DNA of 64,000 nt, from assembly GCF_036321535.1 (NCBI RefSeq), contig NC_087437.1:21578001-21642000 (forward strand). The letters run 5' to 3'. Each line of letters starts with the position of its first letter. Positions within the stretch are counted from its first letter, which is position 1. The stretch comes from Camelus dromedarius. Taxonomy: Eukaryota. Under the pieces are notes generated by a model. It was not told the origin of the DNA, ran no database searches, and saw only the letters and a list, made by a program, of their open reading frames with translations. Positions 38,961 through 50,540 of the stretch are shown piece after piece. The position numbers were made by a program, and so were the translations under genes.

Positions 38961-40117
38961 CAGCACTGTATTGGACTACAATCATGACAAGAATTGCATA
39001 TTCTCTAAGAGTTCATAACCTTATCTGTGTGACTTTTGTTTTTGTAAAGGTTAAGTGTTCATCAAATATATATGTTCCTTATAGGAATGTACTCTCTACT
39101 TTTTCTTTTATTTATATTACTCCTTCATTAAATCAGCAAGCATTAAATGAGCAACTACTATGTGCCAGACACTGTACAAGAAATAAACCACACAAGAAAT
39201 AGTTTCTGCCTATAGGTGTAATAAAGTGAGGGAAGGCAGACAGGAAAATCAACAGCAGCAACATAATGCACCTTCCTGCCTAAGGAAAGGACTGGCAGAG
39301 GAAATATGAGGGAGTCAAAGGCTTCCCTGAGAAATAGACTTGAAAGGAGGAGTCTGCAAGGTGGAGATGAAAAGGTCTTTCAGGCAGGAACTAAAGGAAC
39401 AAAGGCACAGGGGAATGAAACCCATTTGTCTGGGAAACAAGTAGGTTAGAACTATAGCATAGGGATGTATGGGAAAGTGGCAGGTGATACTGGAAAGATA
39501 CTAAAGTTTCACATCAACATCAATCTCAGTGATCCTGTTAAGGAAACTGGATCTTGGAGTAGTGGTTTTTTTAGATTAAGTGTTATTGTCAGAGGTTGTT
39601 ATTCTTTTCCCCCATCCACCTCCAGTAAACTTGGACATTGATTACATATTTAGTAGATGTGCAACTTCCTCTTGGATTTTCTGTTTTTCTTTTATATTTT
39701 ATAATCTTTCTGTAATCTCCACATTCTGTTCTACTCTATTACAGGAAAGTGCCTTTAAAAAAGGCACTGTTTTGCTTGGTTTCTTTCCTTTCTTCCCTCA
39801 CCCTCCTTCCTTCTTCCTTCCTTTTCTCCCCCCCTCTCTCTACTTACTCCTTCTTCACTCCCAGCCCTTCACCAAACAAGAAATATGCTAACAATAATAT
39901 AACACTGCACAAATTACTGTACACCTCTATATTCCTCAATCCTATGGTATAAAAGTTTAATATTCAATTCAGATTTATGAAATAACTATAATTTTATACA
40001 GTTATAGTATACTCCTACCAAACTACTGGACCACTTGAACTAGGCATCGGAAGTAGTTCTAGGTGTGTACAATGTAAGTCTTGTATACATTATCAATGTC
40101 AAGAATTCTCTGAAATA

Positions 40118-40308
40118 TGTAGAATAGATAAACAAGATTATACTGTATAGCACAGGGAAATACATACAAGATCTTGTGTAGCTCACAGTGAAAAAAAAGG
40201 TGACAATGAATATATGTATGTTCATGTATAACTGAAAAATTGTGCTCTACACTGGAATTTGACACAACATTGTAAACTAACTATAACTCAATAAAAAATG
40301 TTAAAAAA
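40118..40308 (+). mobile_element. Young 5'-truncated L1 3' end
   Basis: AATAAA plus A tail; perfect 17-bp TSD AAGAATTCTCTGAAATA at 40101-40117 and 40309-40325; closely similar to 49071-49294. Confidence 0.85.
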
Positions 40309-40329
40309 AAGAATTCTCTGAAATAGGAA

Positions 40330-42900
40330 GAGTTAAGCTCTACTGTTTGTTTATCTCACCTTTCTTTTGTCTAATATTAGCAGCCATTGATGCTTAATGC
40401 CTACTTCTATTAATTCATTTGAGGTTGCAAAATGGTGATATTCTATCCTTTCTTTTTTTATTAGTCGGAATACTTTTATAAAGAGAACATTTTGCCTCTT
40501 GGTTGCCCAGCAGTACAAGAAAGGTTTTCAAGATTGGGAACTGTGCCTATCACCTTTGGGAGGGGATTCTTTCTTTAAAGTACCATTATGAACTCAAGGA
40601 TTTAAGCATATTTGATGGTTTTTAGTCCACTGGACTATTATCATTACTGAAGATCAAACTGTCCCATTTTGGGGCCATTCCAAGCCTCTTCCAGTCGTCT
40701 CTTCACGTCAATCCTCTGACATGTTCTTAGTAGTCTTTAGTAATTTCTCTGATACAGAGTATGACAAAAGCTTCCAGGCTCATCTAGAATACTTTCTGAC
40801 TCTGACTTGGAATCAGTCATTTCTCCAAGAAATCCTGATTTCTTTTAATGAGAAATGGTATTTCAAAACCATAACCTAGGCACTAAGAATACAATCACTA
40901 CTGGATTGGTCATTGTTTTTAGGTCTTTTCTGGGAACAGAGGACAGAGCTAGGGAATTTATGTGCGTGTGCGCGCGTTTTGTAAGTTCATATTGAGACTT
41001 CCAATTCAAATGCTAGATACAGAGTTTTAACTTAATGTTTTCCCTACTACACCTGTAACTCCTTTCTTAACACCAAGAATCTTGGTTCTCAAGGATACAA
41101 GAGATGACAGAATTAAAATACCCTACAATTATCACACATATCACATATATAAATTTCAGAAAAATATTAATATTACCACTAATATGATTAATGGTGATAG
41201 AATTTTTTTTTTGCATAATCTTTTCCCATTCTCCTTTATCCCTATTTATTTTATAGTTGTGCTATCTAAACATTGTCAGGACACACAGCCATTACACACT
41301 AAACTTACTCCCTCTTAACTCTTACTTTGTTTTTGTTTTATAGGTAATTATAACTAATGTTCACCCCTGGTCCTTATGTTGATACTTTCCTAGTCCTTTT
41401 GATTGTCTGAAGCTCATTCTCCAGCAGATTGCTCTCGGAAGGGCTCAAAGGAACAATATTCCCTGACGATATACACTGATAGCACTTTATCAGCTTATCC
41501 TTTATGCTTAAAAGTCAATTGAGTATCTTAAGTTACTCCATTTTCTTCTGGCATAAAGCACTACTGTCAAAAACTGTGATGGAAACTAATTTTCTTTCCC
41601 TTACAAGTCATATGCTCCTTTTTTCCAGGTGACAAAAGCCTTTTTCCCTTTTCCTTTAAAGTCCAGGAATTTTGCTAGAAGGTCTTGATGTTGGTCATCT
41701 GAGTCAATATTCTTGGGTACATGTTATATTCTTTCAACATAGTTTCAATTTTTTTAATTTCAGAAAAGTTTTCTTCAATTGCAGTTTTAGTATTTGTTTT
41801 GTTATATTGCTTTGATTTCCTTTTTCAGGGACACCTATTATTTATCTTCCTTGCTTATCTTTCTTATTAATTACTTTCTCTTGGATTTTTTTATCTTTTA
41901 ACTTTCTCCTATTTCCATTTTGTTTTTTTTTTTCATGGCATCATTTGCTTTTGCCTTGCTACTACTTCAGGCTTCACTTCTGAAATGATTTTTTTCATTT
42001 ATCTCTAATTTTCTCTAGGTTCTGTCACTTTATTTGTAAGTTTCTGTAATTGATATCTGTTGTTCTTCCATGTATTATATAACTTTCTTAGTGCCTTTTA
42101 GCTCATTCTGAAATAGGTTATAATTTTGGTCTGTTTTGTGTGCATGTTCATACTGCAAACTTTTATTGTCTATAGGAATGTTATTTTGTTCCCCTTTCCC
42201 CCCATAACTTTGTATGCTATTTGACCTTGACAGTTTTCTGTTGTTCATTTCTATACAAATTCCATTTTTCTCAATTTTTAGAATGAGGAGGGGTTCAGGA
42301 AAGCTTTAACTTCAAAAAGCTCCCTCTTCTGCTATTTTGGGGTAGTATTAAAAATACAGTGGTTTGCTTGGTTTGTTTTCTAAGATTTCTTGACTTTGTA
42401 ACCCTCCCCCCACTTTTATCTTAATCTTCTTTTATCTCTCTTGTCCCTTTCGTAATAAAATTTTTTCACTCCAGCAGTTTCTCCTTAGGGTGGGCTCTGC
42501 CTTAGAATGGTGCCTTGGCAAGTCAGTTTTGAGAGTTCACAGGAGTTAAGACTCTCCTGCCCTTTCAAAAAAACCCCAGTAATAGCTACTGCCATCTAAT
42601 AGGCCTGCATAGCCTTTTAGTGACTATTTTAGAGTTCTGTTCTCAGGTCCATCAGATGTTGCCCTATTGCTTCCTTTCTCCTCTTGCAGAGATGCTAATA
42701 GCAACTGGGTCTAGAGGCTATTGGTAGATTGTCCCCACCTACTTGTACCTTGGGGTTCATGGGGACATCCTGTCACACGGTTTTGTTGTAACTGTTCTAT
42801 GGATTTTAAATTTTGCTATCTAGTTGCACTTTCTGTTTTTAAGTAAGGATTCAGAGAAACCAAAACTTGTGCTGTCAGCACTGCAGCAATCTTCCTGAAA
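40330..42900 (-). mobile_element. Ancient L1-derived tract (several fragments)
   Basis: T-rich degenerate L1-like sequence; boundaries approximate. Confidence 0.4.
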
Positions 42901-43975
42901 CCCACCCCTCCAACCAATGCCTTTCCCCAAGAACAAGCTTTTGAACCACTGTGACTTACTTACACATTACCATCTTTTAAGCACTTTTTGAGAGGTAACT
43001 GGTAATTCTTTATAACATTTGCTTTTCTGCTGTTGTTAATGACAAATTCAAACACTTTTGAAAGACATCACTTTGATGAACCAAGTTTTAAACCTATCAC
43101 TGGTGTTCATGTCATTACACTGCCTTAAAGACATTATTTTTGTTCAGTAACAAAAGGCCTCAAGATGGAGAAAATCCAAGATCCTTACACCAAATCAAAT
43201 TCTGTGCCAAAGAGTACAGTGTAAAAATATTACTGAATGGATTATGTATTATCAAGTCAGTCTGAATGACAGTCACTTTTTTTCAATTTTAGAGATAAAG
43301 TGACTGATGCATGGCCGGTACTCAAATGTTTGTTGAATGAAGGATACAGGAAAAGCCTAAGTTAGCTGTTATCAATTTTATCCTCTTCTCTGGAAAGAAT
43401 TATCTTCCTAAATCTAACTAACCCATGTTTCAAATAAATTAAAGACAAACTTCCATTCTGGAATTTTTTGTAAGCTTTCTCCTATATACCAAGTCTGACT
43501 GGAATCCAACAACAAAGATCCTTTCTGGAAGTTTAAACTCTACCTTGATGTTTACAGTACTTTTTAAAAAGATAAAACACTAACTTAATAGACAGCATGA
43601 TGGTGTTCACTCCATTAACATGGGGGTTATTTCCCCCATATTAATACAAAGCTACTGTCACAACTAACTCAATTAGCTACGTAAGTTCTAAAGCTGACTT
43701 TTTCTTCTGTAAAATATAAAACAGACAATACATCTACTAAAACCACTAAATGTGACAAACATTAGCATATCACCCAAATCTAGTTTACCTAATAGATGAC
43801 TGCCTCCTATTTCTTTCCACAGTTCCAATAAACTACATTTTTGGAGTCTGCATATAAACGTTGCGCTGGGATCATTATATACCGAATTATACACTACTAC
43901 CAGTATTAGTGCTCTAATAATCTGTTTCTCTCTCCTTTTCCCCCCACCTCCTCCCTCTCTGTCCCCCTTTCTCTA

Positions 43976-43984
<9 letters not shown>

Positions 43985-44012
<28 letters not shown>
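43985..44012. repeat. (CA)14 microsatellite preceded by a CT-rich tract, XRN1 intron 1
   Basis: Read directly. Confidence 0.95.
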
Positions 44013-44016
<4 letters not shown>

Positions 44017-44139
44017 ATGAAGCCTCCAATTAACTGCCCGGCCCCGTCCAAATGTATTTTTATTTCTTTTGGCTCGGGGGACTGGTACGGTCTTTCGAAT
44101 AGCAGAAAAAGTAATGAAGGTATCATAAATGTGAACCAT

Positions 44140-45060
44140 CAGCCACGTCAAAAAGTCTAGGCCTTGGGGGTGGGGCAGGATGCGGCTCTTGATAAGGGAA
44201 AGTAAACAAGGTGATTCAACTGCGGAGGCGTCATTATTGTTTGTACGTGGGTCGGCTGCTCTGAGTGGGAGTTGGGGGTAGATCCTAGGATGAACCTTCG
44301 AAGAGAAAAACGAAACCTGCAGCTCCCTGGGGAGGAAAGGGAAGCACTCCCTGAAGCGTTCCTCCCCAGGACTTATTTCGGAGTCGCGCAGGCCCTGCCC
44401 GGGCAGGAGCTGTCAGAACGGCCGCGATCCCTGCGGCTCTGCCCACAGGAAGGCGACGTGCGTCTTCGCCCCACTCAGATCCTCGGGGTGTCCTCAAACG
44501 TTCCCACCCCTCCCTGAGCCACTGAGCCCGCTGACGACGGGCAGAAACAGGAGGCTGGAGAGCCCCGGTCCCAGGGCGCAGAGAGGGCCGCGGAGCCCCG
44601 GCTCCTCCGCCTTCCGAGCCGCTGCCCCCTTGCTCCTCACCCACCTGATGCTCTTTCACCACTTCGCTGAGGCAGGGATACCGCTCTGAGATCCAGCGGT
44701 AAAACTTGGGGACTCCCATTTCGACCGTCAATACGAACTCCAGTCAGGGCCAAACCGAAACCAAACGCCCCGCCGAGGCCTACGCCGCCGCCTCCGGCCG
44801 TCGCTCTGCGGATGACAACACACCGCCCGTCGGACCATAGAGAGCGCCTGACGAGCCTAGAGCGGCCGAATTCGAGGCCACGCCCCTGGGCGGGGCTTCA
44901 GTCCCGGCACTAACTCGCCGCCACCGTCGCCGCGCTCGATTCTGGTTCAAGATCGCCCAGGCGTCTTTGCGGTTGTTGTTTCGTTCTGAAAATGTCAAGT
45001 TGATCGAGCTGTGCTCTATAAGTATATTTGGAAACGGCGTGAAAACGTCACGAGACGGCT
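44140..45060. promoter_or_regulatory. CpG island / XRN1 promoter and first exon; GC box GGGCGGGGC at 44888-44896
   Basis: Abrupt GC- and CpG-rich segment in AT-rich background, spanning XRN1 exon 1; boundaries approximate. Confidence 0.9.
44645..44719 (-). CDS. XRN1: XRN1 5'-3' exoribonuclease 1, coding exon 1 (MGVPKFYRWISERYPCLSEVVKEHQ)
   Basis: Canonical XRN N-terminus MGVPKFYRW; ATG in gaaATGG context; donor CAG|GTGGGT; 75 nt, phase 0. Confidence 0.98.
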
Positions 45061-45952
45061 GGAAGAGTACTTAACACTTAATTTTGTCCTGACTACTTCA
45101 GTTTCCTGAGATTACTAATCTCTGGGGTTTTCAACACAGATTTGGAAAGGTCTGATAATTTGGTTAATTTTGTTAGCAGTTTTTTTCTTTGAGGATTGTA
45201 AACCTACAACAAAGTTTCTTCTAAAACGTTCTTTTCCAATTACTTGCATAACCCTTAACATTAGGCCTTCAATAGGAAAATATATGTTTAGTTTTCACAT
45301 TCATACTTCTTGGGTTATTATATTTTCCCCTTTACACTTTCAACTGTATAAAATCGCAGAATTCATCAAGTGAAATTATCTTTGTTACAAAAGTTCTTCT
45401 TTTATGTGTATGTGATAACCTCATTGCTTTGTGACTATTATGAATTATTTTAAATCTGCAATGAAACAACCCCAAATTTAACAACATTATAATTTTTTTA
45501 GATTTCAAAATCTCATGAAATTCACTGGATTCTGTACTCTGGTACTTTAAGTATGGTTGCATCTTTAAAATTACAGGATGTTTATATAGTTTTCATATGA
45601 ATGCTGATTGGCTAATTTTTTTTCCCCATCACATTTTCAACATACAAAAAAGGGTTTTATTAAGTGAACTTAATGATGTGCTATTTTTGTTTACATCTCT
45701 TACTAGACAGTTCCCAGAGTGCAGGGGAGGTAGCTCTGTGCACAAATATAGCACAGTGCTTTGTCTACAGTATTTATTCAGTGTAATTTTCTGTTGTTTC
45801 AAATGAATCCTTATACTAATACTTAAAGTCAATGAAATTTGTAAAATGAAATTAGGCTGTCTTGTTTCTTGCAAATACATCTTGTTAGAGCATAAGAACA
45901 TAGGATGTTTTGTTTCTCCAGTTATAATACACAGTATATATTAAGAAAGCAG

Positions 45953-45958
45953 TTTATT
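45953..45958 (-). terminator. Probable ATR polyadenylation signal AATAAA (further copies at 45773-45778 and 45656-45661)
   Basis: First AATAAA seen downstream of the ATR stop, about 175 nt away. Confidence 0.7.
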
Positions 45959-46130
45959 TCTTAACAACATATATTATTTTAAATATTATTAACAATCAGG
46001 GAGAAATAATACCAGTTACTCTGAGAACAAAAACATATGTTGTACTTTGGAACTGAATAGATACAACCACAGATGAATATCAAATGCCTTAAATTTAGAT
46101 TATTAACATATTCTCTGAAGTAATTCTATT

Positions 46131-46304
46131 TCACATATATGGGGTCCAACCAAGGTACATTTGGCACAGTAAGTTTTCGTCAGTAGCTTCTTGTATAAGG
46201 TAATGCACGTGTCCTTCAATAGATAATGGCAGCCCTGTCACTCTATTCCGGGTCTTGATTACACCTTGCAGTCGTTGCTCGATGTCAAGAACATGGGTCT
46301 TGGC
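46131..46304 (-). CDS. ATR: ATR terminal exon 47 coding part (AKTHVLDIEQRLQG...NLLCQMYLGWTPYM*), FATC
   Basis: FATC motif LC.MY.GW.P; TGA at 46131-46133; 174 nt. Confidence 0.98.
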   Translation of the reverse strand, partial: AKTHVLDIEQRLQGVIKTRNRVTGLPLSIEGHVHYLIQEATDENLLCQMYLGWTPYM

Positions 46305-46857
46305 CTAAAAAGAAATTAAAAATCATAAGGACTAAGGACCCAATGACATATGGATGTTTATAATTTGGAATTACTGCCTTTCTCTTATTTAACAAATGTT
46401 AATGCCATTTTACTGCTCATTACCCTTTTTTGTAAGAGTAAATACCGATAAGAAATAAATACAGTAACTGGAGATACTGATCTTGAGGCTTGCAATGTTG
46501 ATCTAACATCAACTGCTTGGATATTTTTCAGGACTATGTAAAATACCAGGGAATCTCTTTCACATTAGAAGTCTAGAAAAATAATAATATAAAAAATCTA
46601 CCCTGAAAAGTGTTTAGGACTAAAACATTTGAATACTAATATTCTAATAATACCAACAACAGTCTAATACCTGATATTTAAATTATGTTAGTATATGCAC
46701 CTGGGAGCTCTAGTGAGCTACCTGGAATTCTACACAGTTCTCTCAATCAAGAAAGCATTATCAGAATGCAAAGTGTGAATGATGTTATTAGAAAAACAAT
46801 AATCTATTCTAATTTATTTAAAATAACTATCCGCAAAATTTGAGGCTTCAACTAATA

Positions 46858-47208
46858 TAGTCAGCTCTCTGCATCCAAGGATTCAGCCAACCATGGATTG
46901 AAAATACTCAGGGAAAAAAAAATTCCAGAAAATTCCAAAAGGGAAAACTTGAATTTACCATATACCGGCAACTATTTACATTGCATTTACACTGTATTTA
47001 CAACTATTTACATGGCATTTACATTGTACTAAGTATTATAAGTAATCTAGAGATGATTTAAAGTATACAGGACAATATACACAGGTTATATGCAAATACT
47101 ATGCCATTTTATATAAAGGACTTGAGCATCCCAGGATTTTGGTATCCATAGGTGGGGGGTGGTACTGGAACATATCTCCCATGGAAACCAAGGGACAAGG
47201 GACAATTA
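46858..47208. mobile_element. Second MER2-like MITE, in the last ATR intron
   Basis: Shares internal sequence with 8881-9228 (aagtaatctagagatgatttaaagtata, ggacttgagcatcc). Confidence 0.8.
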
Positions 47209-47534
47209 TATTAGTAAAGACTGAATTCTACATATTGAAGCTGAGACCTGCTGCTCTATAAATTCAGGCAATTTATGTTCAAGTTTTTCCCACTCTATCT
47301 CATAATTGTGAATTGCTTATGGTTAAACAAGCGTGTCTTGAACTCTGTTTTTATTATACAAATGATAATGTTAACATTGGCAATGACAATAAAGAAAACT
47401 TATGGCATTGTGATTCTAGACAGAGAACTAGACTTCAGAGTATTTAGTGGGTAGTCAGTGACAGTATTTAGAATCAGTTTCCATTCGTAGAGATATACAA
47501 TATCAGCTCATATCAAGCTACACCTTCTACTAAC

Positions 47535-47640
47535 CTTTTCGTTGACAACTTCCCCTGTTTCATTCAGTGATGCTTTGGAATGACCTTTCACTGGTTTACT
47601 CCATTCCACAAGAGGATCATGTAGGAAAGTCTTTAAGACA
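47535..47640 (-). CDS. ATR: ATR exon 46 (VLKTFLHDPLVEWSKPVKGHSKASLNETGEVVNEK), PIKK regulatory region
   Basis: F.HDPLVEW motif; donor AAG|gttagt; 106 nt, ends phase 0. Confidence 0.97.
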
Positions 47641-49070
47641 CTAAAAATTTAAAAAAATATTATGGTAATACAATGTTATCTTTGTAAAAAGAAATCTCAT
47701 TAAAGTCAGCACTTAGAGGAAGAATAGTGAAGGATGAGAAGCTAGTGGTAATACTCTTATAGCACACATTACTACCATTTCAGAAGATGCTATATTTCGC
47801 TCTTTCAGAGAATTTGCCTTTGCCTACATCTATTAACCAATGTATTCTACCAAACTGCCTGGTAGACAGCTCTTAATAAAAAAAGTAAGTGAGCTTTAAG
47901 TGTGCTTTAAAAAACTACTTTCCACAGCTAACACCATATTTAACGGTGAAAGACTGGCTTCTTTACTCCTAAGAGTAGTAACAAGACAAGGATGTAGACA
48001 TTTCACCACGTCTATTTGACTTTGATCTAGCTAGGGCAATAAGGCAAGACAAAGAAAGGCATTGAAATTAGATTGGAAAGAAGTAAATTTATCTTTATTT
48101 ACAGATGACTTGCTGTTGTAGAGAGAAAAACCTTAAGGTATCTACAAAAATAACTATTACAACTAATGAGTTCAATAAGGTTGCAGGATATAAGATCAGT
48201 ATACAAATTTAGTTGTATTTCTGTACTCTAGCAATGAACAATCCAAACATCAAATTAAGAAAAATATTCCATTTAGAATAGCATTAAAAGGAATAAAATA
48301 CTTAGGAACATTTTTTAAAAGTTAAGTACAAGATATGGAAACTAAAAAAAACTATAAAACATTGTTGGAAGAAATTGAAGAAGACAAATAAATGGAAAGC
48401 CATCATATGTTTATGGATCAGAAGACTTAATATTGTTAAGACGGCAATACTCCCTAAATTGATTTACTGATTCAATACCATTCCTATAAAAATCCAGGCT
48501 AACTTTTTTGCAGAAATTGACAGTTGGTTTTAAACTGCATGTAGAAATGCAAGAGACTTATAACAGTCAATCTTGAAAAAGAAGAAAAAGTTGGAGGACT
48601 CACACTTTCTGATTTCAAAACTTACTACAAAGCTACAGTAATCACAATAGTGTGCTGTTGGCATAAGGTTAGACATATAGATCAATGGAATAAAACTGAT
48701 AGTCCAGAAATAAACCCTTACATATGCCCTTTCACTGGTTTACTCCAGTGCTAGGACAGTTAAATTGAGAAAAATAATCTTTTCAAAAAATGATGCTGGC
48801 ACAACTGGATATACACATTAAAAAATATATAGATTTCTTAGATATGATACTAAAAGTACAAAGAACAACAAAAATAGATAAACGACTTTATCGAAAGTAA
48901 AAACTTTTATGCTTCAAAGGGCATCATCAAGAAAGTGAGAAAATAATTGCATGTATCAGAGAAAATAATTGCAAGTCATATATTCATGAGGGTCTATACC
49001 TAGAATATGTAAAGAACTCTTACAACTCAACAATAAAAGGACAAATAATCCAATTTAAAACAAGCAAAGG

Positions 49071-49294
49071 GGTGGGAAGAGATAGACTGGGATTTTAAAA
49101 TTGTAGAATAGATAAACAAGATTATTCTGTATAGCACAGGGAAATATATACAAGATCTTATGGTAGCTCACAGAGAAAGGAATGTGACAATGAATATATA
49201 TATATGTTCATGTATAATTGAAAAATTGTGCTCTACACTGGAATTTGACACAACATTGTAAAATGATTACAAATCAATAAAAAATGTTAAAAAA
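49071..49294 (+). mobile_element. Young 5'-truncated L1 3' end nested in an older L1
   Basis: Same family as 40118-40308; 14-bp TSD AAAACAAGCAAAGG at 49057-49070 and 49295-49308. Confidence 0.85.
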
Positions 49295-49901
49295 AAAACA
49301 AGCAAAGGATTTAAATAGACATTTGTCCAAAGGAGACATACAAGTGACCAATAAACACATGAAAAGATGTTCAACATAACTGGTCATTAGGGAAATGCAA
49401 ATTAAACCACAATGAGATACAATTTCACACCCACCAAGATAGGTAAAATAAAAAAGACAGACAATAATAAGTTTTGTTAAGGATGTAGAGAAACTGGAAC
49501 CCTCAGACATTGCTAGTGGGACTATAATGTATTACATCTGCTTTGGAAAACAGTTTAAAAGTTCCTCAAAATGTAGTTTACAGTTAACATATGACCCAGA
49601 ATTCTACTCCTAGGTCAATCCAAGAGAAATGAAAACATATACCCACGTAAAGCTTGTAAGCAAATGTTCATAGCCACACTATTCACAAAAGCCAAAAGGT
49701 GGAAACAATCCAAATTTCTATTAACTGATGAGTGGATAAACAAAAGGTGGTATATCCATATAATGCAATTTTATTTGACGATAAAAAAGAATGAAGTACT
49801 GATACACGCTATGGCATGGATAAATCATCATGCTAGTGAAAGAAGACAGACACGAAAGGCCACATGTTGTATAATTCCACTTAAATATGAAATATCCAAG
49901 T

Positions 49902-50039
49902 GGGGGAGGGTATAGCTCAGTAGTAGAGTGCTCGCTTAGCATGCACAAGGTTCAATACCCAGTACCTCCATTAAAACCAACCAACCAACCAACCAACCGA
50001 ATTACCTCCCCACCTCCATAAACAAAAACAAATAAAAAA
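49902..50039 (+). mobile_element. tRNA-derived SINE (Vic-1-like) inserted in L1
   Basis: GGGGAGGGTATAGCTCAG head; (CCAA)n linker; TSD GAAATATCCA at 49889-49898 and 50040-50049. Confidence 0.88.
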
Positions 50040-50388
50040 GAAATATCCAGAACAGGGAAATCCATAGAAACAGAAAGAAATCAGTGGTTACTAGAAGATG
50101 GTGGGGGAGTAGAGTTGGGGAGTTGCTAATTTCTTTTGGAAATGATGAAAATGTTTTTTAATTAGATAGCAGTAACGGTTGCACAATCTTGTGAATATAC
50201 TAAAACCACTGTAGTGTACACATTAAAAGAGTGAATTTTATGGTATGTAAAGCATAACTTATTAAAGCTATTATTTAAAATCTCTACTTCAACCAGTGCA
50301 GAATGACTTCTACATAAAAAAATTGGTTAGGAACCAATAATCATATTCAAAGTTACTGTTAAATTGTTTAGAAAATATAGATTATTAC

Positions 50389-50540
50389 CTCATTAAAGGT
50401 TCTCTTTGATCTCTCATCAGCCTCATTGTAACTTCACAAGCTCTTCGAAAAAGACCTTCTGTTCCCATAGGACCCATTCCATTAACCATATTATGAGTCA
50501 GGCGAAATGGAACAATTTCTGGGACCTCAAAGGTTTCTCC
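50389..50540 (-). CDS. ATR: ATR exon 45 (GETFEVPEIVPFRLTHNM...DQREPLMS)
   Basis: PE.VPFRLT motif; 152 nt. Confidence 0.98.

Larger units (their letters stand above)
47925..50275 (+). mobile_element. Old L1 (ORF2 3' half plus 3' UTR) with nested young L1 and SINE
   Basis: gatttcaaaacttactacaaagctacagtaatc shared with the 26.6 kb copy; ORF 49664..49915 is L1 C-terminal-like. Confidence 0.88.

Noticed and set aside
44720..44743. In-frame near-cognate starts (CTG, TTG) upstream of the XRN1 ATG
   Set aside because: Would add only 4-8 residues, are bounded by an in-frame TGA, and the ATG has good context
44272..44998. ORFs 44272..44517 (+), 44780..44998 (-) and the intronic extension of 44285..44731
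   Set aside because: Expected stop-poor frames in a CpG island; only 44645-44719 is XRN1 coding
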